The notes below the pieces were generated by a model, which worked only from the letters and a program-made list of their open reading frames with translations, ran no database searches and had not been told where the DNA came from. A stretch of DNA of 64,000 bases, taken from a virus. Its lineage: Duplodnaviria > Caudoviricetes. This document shows positions 58,491-64,000 of this stretch, one piece after another. The DNA lies in IMG/VR virus record IMGVR_UViG_2786546905_000002, positions 1 to 64,000 of that record; one strand, given 5' to 3'. Each line of letters opens with the position of its first letter. Position 1 is the stretch's first letter. The translations under genes and the position numbers were made by a program.

Positions 58491-60158
58491 TTAAGCCGCT
58501 TTCTTCGCTGGAGCTTCATTAATTAGCTTGAGGCGGTAGAAGTAATCTTCACCGTCATACGGGTGGATTTCACCGTAAGCCAATTCATAAAGTGTGTTGC
58601 TTGCTACAAGGTTCTTACCGATGCTGTGCGTGTACATCGTTGCAGCGATTGCGTCACCTGCTACGTAGCCTGCTTCTGAGTGAGAATCACCACGGCCATA
58701 ACAAAGCATTTCCATGGTGCCGATAACCACCGGTGCTTCGTACACTTTCCACATGCCAAATAGACGGCCTGCGTAGTGAATAGAGTTCTTCTGACGGTAG
58801 TTTGATGGAGTCACAAAGTATGGTGCGCCAAGCGTTTTCAGGATGTTCGCCGCTTGGGTGCCTGCGAAGATGCCGCGTAGGCCTGTTGTCTTCGTTTGTT
58901 GCAGGATCTTCGTAGAAATGTTCAGTAGCACTTCGTTTAGGCGCTCACGGTGCAGTTTCCAGTCTTCACCAGCTTCTACGTACAGGTTGAACGTTTCTTC
59001 ACGCTTACAAGAGAAATTCATATCGTTTAGGTGGCGAACTGATTTCTCTGCCGCTAGCGTGTTACGCATGTGAGACGTTTGCATTGACTTGATATCAATT
59101 TTGAATTCACGTTGCATTGTGAACATTGCTTGAATCGTTGCATCTGCAGCTACCGCGTTTTGACGTGGGCGCAGCGTCATTGAATCCATTTCATGTTCGA
59201 TAGTCGGGATAAGCTCTGGCTTCTTCTCGATATCGACTTCAAACTCAGCGTGAAGCTCAACACCTGTTGGTAGAGCTGTAGCCGACGCCGTAGTCACATC
59301 GATCTTGCCTTTCACGTAATCCACGTCACAGTTGAATACGATCTCTTCGCCAGACTGCAGCTTGTACTTGCCGCTCATCATGCCGCCTTTCGAATCCATA
59401 TCGCGACAAACGCGCTTACGGTCAACGAATAGAGACACTGACGTCTTAGTGAATGGGATTTCAAAGTCTGTGTGTTTGAGATCCGTTTTCGTACTGAACG
59501 TGAATTTCTTCTTAGAGCCGTCTGGGCGTTGACCGGCTGCGAACTCATAACGTTGGCGCATTGACGTGTACTGGCCAACCGTTGTTTGGTCGATTTCAGT
59601 ACCCACTTGGAAGTCACCGAAGTTAGAGCCTGTTTTACGGTACACTTTGAAGATCTCAACTTCGGTCGTGTTTGCAGGCATCATCGTTACTGCGTCTAGT
59701 GTTGCTGTTTCTAGCAATACAGGAAGAACGATACCCACCATACGAGCGCGAATTTCGACACCTTCTGACGTTGATAGTGACTGGCCAATCGACTCAAGCA
59801 TCATTTGACCCATGTTGCCGGAATTTGAACGGCCCTCTAGGCCCATCATGTTTTCCATTGTGCTGTACGCACTTGCTAACACTTCGTCGCGAGGCAGCTC
59901 ACCGTGAGATTTTTCGTACTCACGTAGTGCCGACTGCATGCCCGAAACAATACCGATGGATTGATCTTGAGTTAGGCCTGAAAGCATTGAGTCTTTGCTG
60001 ATCGCTTCCAGCATTGCGTCTGCACGCTCGCCATCGTCTGTTAGAAAGACGCCGGTTTGCGCGTTGAATTGCGAATCAAGACATAACGCACGCATAGATT
60101 GACTTAGCTCTGCGATTTTGGAAATTCGCTTGTTAAATGATTCTTTTTTATCTGACAT
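58491..60158 (-). CDS. 23: Major capsid protein, P1 gp23-like
   Basis: 555 aa, N-terminal propeptide ending near MMLES, RE......D.........R..LA.EK, GRLFG...VY motifs. Confidence 0.92.
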   Translation of the reverse strand: MSDKKESFNKRISKIAELSQSMRALCLDSQFNAQTGVFLTDDGERADAMLEAISKDSMLSGLTQDQSIGIVSGMQSALREYEKSHGELPRDEVLASAYSTMENMMGLEGRSNSGNMGQMMLESIGQSLSTSEGVEIRARMVGIVLPVLLETATLDAVTMMPANTTEVEIFKVYRKTGSNFGDFQVGTEIDQTTVGQYTSMRQRYEFAAGQRPDGSKKKFTFSTKTDLKHTDFEIPFTKTSVSLFVDRKRVCRDMDSKGGMMSGKYKLQSGEEIVFNCDVDYVKGKIDVTTASATALPTGVELHAEFEVDIEKKPELIPTIEHEMDSMTLRPRQNAVAADATIQAMFTMQREFKIDIKSMQTSHMRNTLAAEKSVRHLNDMNFSCKREETFNLYVEAGEDWKLHRERLNEVLLNISTKILQQTKTTGLRGIFAGTQAANILKTLGAPYFVTPSNYRQKNSIHYAGRLFGMWKVYEAPVVIGTMEMLCYGRGDSHSEAGYVAGDAIAATMYTHSIGKNLVASNTLYELAYGEIHPYDGEDYFYRLKLINEAPAKKAA

Positions 60159-60445
60159 GAAATAAACCTTAGTTACTTTTTAAAAAAGCTGTTCGGAATG
60201 AACATTAGCCACCTGCATGCGGCGTTAAAATTGTTCAATTTCCGATAGTAATTAAGATTTAAACTGAAAAAAATAGCCCGATTTTGTGCTTTAACTTATT
60301 GTAATTAAAAGAAAAGTTAACAAAAGGTAGGGGTTGATTAACAGGTAACTGTGAGAGGGGGTTTGATGGCTGATCGGATGACGATGAGGTTTTTAGATGT
60401 GGGCGGGGAACCCTGATTAAAAAAATCAAAAAAAAAATTACGAGA

Positions 60446-60787
60446 TTAGAGCGTACCCGCAATAATGCCGACAAGGTGCTCTAAGAGCTCAGCAGAATCG
60501 ATAGCTGCATCTGGGAGTTCGATACCCATAAACGCTGCCGCGATATCACGGATCACCCAGTTATAAACGCCAGTGATGGCCAAGGCCCACATGATCGCTG
60601 CGCGGCCTGTTCGTGCCAGTGGGTTGTTGCTCAGTGATGCGATGAGCTCCATTTTGACATGGAACTGTTGGCGCTCTTCGTCAGACGTGAACCATGAGTC
60701 ACCAAGTTCTTTGGTTTCTCGGATCACCTTGCTTAGTGAGTTGTTCGTGCCAAATAGGCCACCTAGTTTACCTAGTAGTGCTTTCAT
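60446..60787 (-). CDS. Holin (GTA 3TM-holin-like)
   Basis: D.WFTSDEER...R.AIMW...YNWVI.....F pattern; coupled to the amidase. Confidence 0.75.
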   Translation of the reverse strand: MKALLGKLGGLFGTNNSLSKVIRETKELGDSWFTSDEERQQFHVKMELIASLSNNPLARTGRAAIMWALAITGVYNWVIRDIAAAFMGIELPDAAIDSAELLEHLVGIIAGTL

Positions 60788-61335
60788 TGTGTTACCTCGT
60801 TTAGTACATGGTCGGCCAGCGCTCCAGCGATCACATTAGCTAGCTGCTCGCGTAGCGTAAGGCCCAGTTTTAAAGACTCATCATTTGAGAGAAAGAACGG
60901 CTCCAGAATCACCGCTGGCATGGCGGTTTTCTTTAGGAAGTACCAACCTCGATCCCCTTTCTTAATAGCCTTAAGGCCACGGTTTCGCTCATTGAGTAAG
61001 CCGTGAATTGGTGTCTGTAGTCGTGCTGCTAACGCTTTGCTGGCCTTGGATGTGTGCCAGTGCAACGTTTCAGCCCCTTTGGCGTTTTTGTTCTTCGCGC
61101 CGTTACAGTGAAGCTCGATAGCAAAGTCAGCGTTGGTGGCATTTACGTCTTTCACCATGCCGCTATAGCTTGAGCCTCGATACATGATGATCGGACGGAC
61201 ATTGCGGCTATGTAGACGCTCGGCAATGTGACCCGCCAATACATGGTTGAAGTCATATTCGTTCATTTCGGCGTTCGGGTTGTAACAACCGCCGTCAGCA
61301 TGACTATGACCCACAACGATACAAACAGTTTTCAT
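60784..61335 (-). CDS. N-acetylmuramoyl-L-alanine amidase (Amidase_3) endolysin
   Basis: VVGHS...EYDFN...FAIELHCN...GAETL...PAVILEPFF Zn-amidase motifs. Confidence 0.95.
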   Translation of the reverse strand: MKTVCIVVGHSHADGGCYNPNAEMNEYDFNHVLAGHIAERLHSRNVRPIIMYRGSSYSGMVKDVNATNADFAIELHCNGAKNKNAKGAETLHWHTSKASKALAARLQTPIHGLLNERNRGLKAIKKGDRGWYFLKKTAMPAVILEPFFLSNDESLKLGLTLREQLANVIAGALADHVLNEVTQ

Positions 61336-61353
61336 GTTAAGTCTCTTTTAAGG

Positions 61354-61381
61354 TTGCGTTGTTCGGAATAGAGTATATAAT
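61354..61381 (+). promoter_or_regulatory. Divergent overlapping promoters with operator motif
   Basis: Plus: TTGCGT-16-TATAAT; minus: TATACT 2 nt before ATTCCGAAC (61361-61369). Confidence 0.55.
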
Positions 61382-61386
61382 CCCAA

Positions 61387-61470
61387 TCTCCTAGACATCC
61401 TTAATTAAGATATTTTCAGTTCCATGCTAACGGTTCTTTAGCCAAGCCTAACCCGCTTGGCTTTTTTTTA
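61387..61470 (+). ncRNA. Candidate ~85-nt small RNA (sRNA-3)
   Basis: Promoter plus terminator AGCCAAGC-ctaaccc-GCTTGGCTTTTTTTT with the T-tract on the non-coding strand. Confidence 0.45.
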
Positions 61471-61812
61471 TTCTGCGTTTTCTACCTCAAACCCATTTCT
61501 TTTAAAATAAGTCTTTGTTGACGCCAGCGTCTTGTATGGAATCTCAAATGATGCCGAAACATTCCGGTTGTTAAACAGGTAAAAAATGCCACCTTTCTCG
61601 CTTGGTGAGACTCGAACCTCATCAAAAATCACATGCACCAAAGGACTTTTAAACATGGCCTTACCTGATTCGGTGTAGTTCTTGATTACAATAAAGCTAC
61701 GGTTTGTGTATGCCTTGCAGTAATAATTGAATGCCATGTATGCAGCGAATAAGGCTGCAGTGGTAGCAATAGCAAGGATATACGATGGAATAGTAATTAC
61801 CGTGTTAAACAT
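61468..61812 (-). CDS. Membrane-anchored hypothetical protein, 114 aa
   Basis: N-terminal hydrophobic helix YILAIATTAALFAAYMAF. Confidence 0.7.
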   Translation of the reverse strand: MFNTVITIPSYILAIATTAALFAAYMAFNYYCKAYTNRSFIVIKNYTESGKAMFKSPLVHVIFDEVRVSPSEKGGIFYLFNNRNVSASFEIPYKTLASTKTYFKRNGFEVENAE

Positions 61813-61861
61813 TTCTCATCTTCTTTCATCTATTTGGTTCGGATTGGTAGTGTAACAAAAC

Positions 61862-62620
61862 TCAATCTAACGGATAGACTTCTTTTACCGCATCCATGAT
61901 CGCGGGGTTGTTTAATTGATTCTCCCCTATCGTAAAGTCGACGGCCTTTTTGAAGTACGTATGTGCAGTGACACGTTCAGCGTGGGCGCTTGTGGTCATG
62001 GTCCCGATCACTCCTGCAGGCGTGGCCATGGTACCAATGAGCGGCTGCAGTTCACTGGCAAGGGTGGCTGCTTGGTTCTTGAGGTGTTGCGGTAGGTTAG
62101 GCTTAGAAGAGCCCCCACCACTATCACTGCCACCACTATCACTCGGCTTGGCCAAGATCCCGTTAATCTGCCCCATAAGAGACACAATTGGCGACTCTTT
62201 GGCCTTAACCGGTTTCACGGAGTTCTCCAGCGCGATTAGCTCAGACTTGCTCAAGATTGGCTGCAGGGAGGGCGCAGGCGTATCGTTGGGAATCGACTCT
62301 AACAGTCGATAGATTTCCACGCCCATGGCCACGGTGTTGAGTTCTTCTGGTTTCATGGCCAGAGCGATGTACCCATTCCAAGCATCAAGCTTACCGTGAG
62401 CGTCTGTAAGCTCACCTGACAACGATGTAATTGCGTTCGTGAGTGATTGCACACCACCAGCAACATAGTCGGCGTCATCGTCCATACACGCAGAAAACGA
62501 CGCCATCATTGCTGCCACGTCAGCCTTAATAGCTTGGCCTTTCGTTAGGTTAACGGCTTGGCCAATACCGCTACTTTTTGCAAAGCGCTTAAAACGCGCT
62601 AAATCTTTCTGTTGGATCAT
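61862..62620 (-). CDS. upfB: Baseplate-associated protein, UpfB-like
   Basis: L..FK.FA.SSGI...GSDSGGGSS linker, size and position next to PAAR as in P1. Confidence 0.7.
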   Translation of the reverse strand: MIQQKDLARFKRFAKSSGIGQAVNLTKGQAIKADVAAMMASFSACMDDDADYVAGGVQSLTNAITSLSGELTDAHGKLDAWNGYIALAMKPEELNTVAMGVEIYRLLESIPNDTPAPSLQPILSKSELIALENSVKPVKAKESPIVSLMGQINGILAKPSDSGGSDSGGGSSKPNLPQHLKNQAATLASELQPLIGTMATPAGVIGTMTTSAHAERVTAHTYFKKAVDFTIGENQLNNPAIMDAVKEVYPLD

Positions 62621-62624
62621 TGCC

Positions 62625-62909
62625 CTACCCTACGTTAAATCTAGGTTCGCCACTGACGACGGTATCACCACAAGCGGTACCATCACCGACTAATACAACC
62701 GGCTGGCCATATACCAGCATTTTGCTAGAGCCTAAAACCACACTGCCATGAGGCGGGGATTTTGGCTTTACGTGCGGTGCGATAGCGTGTCCGGTGGTCG
62801 CGATTGGTGAACCGTAGATCTTGAACTGGCCATTACCCCCGACAACAACGGTCGGATGGAATCCACCATGGCCAGAGGTGGTGGATCCTTGTTTTGCTGC
62901 AGCTGCCAT
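62625..62909 (-). CDS. upfC: PAAR spike-tip protein
   Basis: TSGHGGFHPT...PH.....PPHG...YGQPVVLVGD..ACGD PAAR motifs. Confidence 0.93.
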   Translation of the reverse strand: MAAAAKQGSTTSGHGGFHPTVVVGGNGQFKIYGSPIATTGHAIAPHVKPKSPPHGSVVLGSSKMLVYGQPVVLVGDGTACGDTVVSGEPRFNVG

Positions 62910-62918
62910 AGCTTTTCC

Positions 62919-63680
62919 TTACTTAAAGTCGTAACTGGACGCTTTACCCGTCACATTGTTTGCTTTGAGGTTCAGACTTCCACCAGCCTCAAGATTCAAA
63001 TCACCTCCCGCTTTCACGGTGGTATCACCTCCACTTTTGAGCGTCCCATTACCGCCGCAATTGACGGAGGCATCTCCTGACACTTTGATTTCAATCTCGT
63101 TGTACTGGCCTAAGTGCTTACCGGTCGCGCTCTGGAACTGATCGCCCTCGGTGTGTATGACGCACTTACCATCGGGTGTTATCTCGATGGCGGTACCCGT
63201 GGCCACATGAGTGATGGACCAACCGCCTTGGTGCGTTTTGTGCTCGCGCAGACCTAAACGTTGGTAGAGATCATCTTTGCGGTCATACGCTGGTGGCGTA
63301 GGTTCTCCAGCTGAACGCTTGGGTGCAAATACGGGCTCATTTACATCGTCAGGCAGGTTTGATTCATAATTTGGCGCATGATAGAGGCTGCCAGTAATGA
63401 GCGGATAGCGAGTATCACCGCCACGCGGGAACGACACCCAAACAAGATCCCCAGCTTCGACCGGTACAACATGACCAGCGCTTGGTTTTGCCCCTAGAGG
63501 GAGTCGAAACTCAGCAAAAGGGAGATCCTTATCGGGGATATCATCCCAGAGCTTAAGCAAGCGAATTGACACCATGTACAGGCCTTTGGGATGGACCACA
63601 TCCACGACTTTAGCTTGGTAATCGCCTATTAGCCGGTTGGTTACGTTCGTGCGCTTTTGGTTTGAGTAATCATCACTCAT
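62919..63680 (-). CDS. 5: Central baseplate spike (gp5/gpV/VgrG-like OB-fold plus beta-helix)
   Basis: Y.AKVV.V..P...V......P..GD.VWV.F..GD..YP.I.G; C-terminal beta repeats. Confidence 0.9.
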   Translation of the reverse strand: MSDDYSNQKRTNVTNRLIGDYQAKVVDVVHPKGLYMVSIRLLKLWDDIPDKDLPFAEFRLPLGAKPSAGHVVPVEAGDLVWVSFPRGGDTRYPLITGSLYHAPNYESNLPDDVNEPVFAPKRSAGEPTPPAYDRKDDLYQRLGLREHKTHQGGWSITHVATGTAIEITPDGKCVIHTEGDQFQSATGKHLGQYNEIEIKVSGDASVNCGGNGTLKSGGDTTVKAGGDLNLEAGGSLNLKANNVTGKASSYDFK

Positions 63681-64000
63681 AAGTTCTTTACTCCAAGCTC
63701 AATACGGCACTGGTACCGGTTGCCCTTTTGGTAGTGTGTGACACGGTTGATGATCTGCAGCTCTGGCATGGATTCATCAACTTCACTTTGTGGTAACTGC
63801 TTGTGAAGAATCACAGAGCACACAGCGATAGGTTTAAATTGAGTGTGACCGGTTAGCTCAACATCAATCACTGGGATGATGCCTATTGACTGGTTGTTGA
63901 GTGCCTTGATTTGGTTCACGCTGATCAACGTTGCTGGGCCGGTACCGGATTCACTCATACCTGTTACCGTGTCCCACGTAGCGTAATTTCGGTTGAGAAC
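63677..64000 (-). CDS. 6: Baseplate hub protein, C-terminal part (starts beyond the window)
   Basis: Frame open to the window end (VLNRNYATWDTVTGMSE...); DESMP...I.RVTHYQ.GNRY.CRIELGV. Confidence 0.7.
   Translation of the reverse strand, partial: VLNRNYATWDTVTGMSESGTGPATLISVNQIKALNNQSIGIIPVIDVELTGHTQFKPIAVCSVILHKQLPQSEVDESMPELQIINRVTHYQKGNRYQCRIELGVKNL

Noticed and set aside
60259-60474. 71-aa ORF upstream of the capsid gene
   Set aside because: Composition typical of non-coding DNA; overlaps the holin end with no start signal

Overview
The window is most of the genome of a P1-like (Punavirus-related) myovirus phage-plasmid. The SSB sequence suggests a Vibrio host. Left arm, mostly minus strand: two tandem HU/IHF-like genes, a VRR-NUC nuclease, Lar-like and Zn-finger proteins, a coiled-coil protein, ssb, an XRE regulator and a probable lytic replication initiator with an antisense-RNA-like leader. 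Then prohead protease and portal. Then an anti-restriction (Dar) region: darB-ulx, an iteron replicon repA-parAB, and ddrB, ddrA-like, an enlarged darA, hdf and lydBA. Then four tail-fibre/receptor-binding genes with no Cin invertase, baseplate, tape measure, tube, sheath, capsid, a second holin-amidase pair and PAAR/spike/hub genes. The unexplained structure is mainly non-coding. (1) A TTTCGCATGCGAAA palindrome brackets only Dar genes. (2) Late-gene leaders carry a UUCCCC-loop hairpin followed by a Shine-Dalgarno-occluding hairpin. (3) An RTTCSGAAY operator-like motif recurs at many promoters. (4) Three plus-strand small/antisense RNA candidates have a promoter and terminator. (5) A 40-bp inverted repeat encloses the rep-par module. 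(6) There is a probable +1 frameshift in the tail chaperone. (7) An LE/S prohead-protease motif may cut DdrB into separate domains. P1 gene names come from recalled motifs and synteny, not from a database search.
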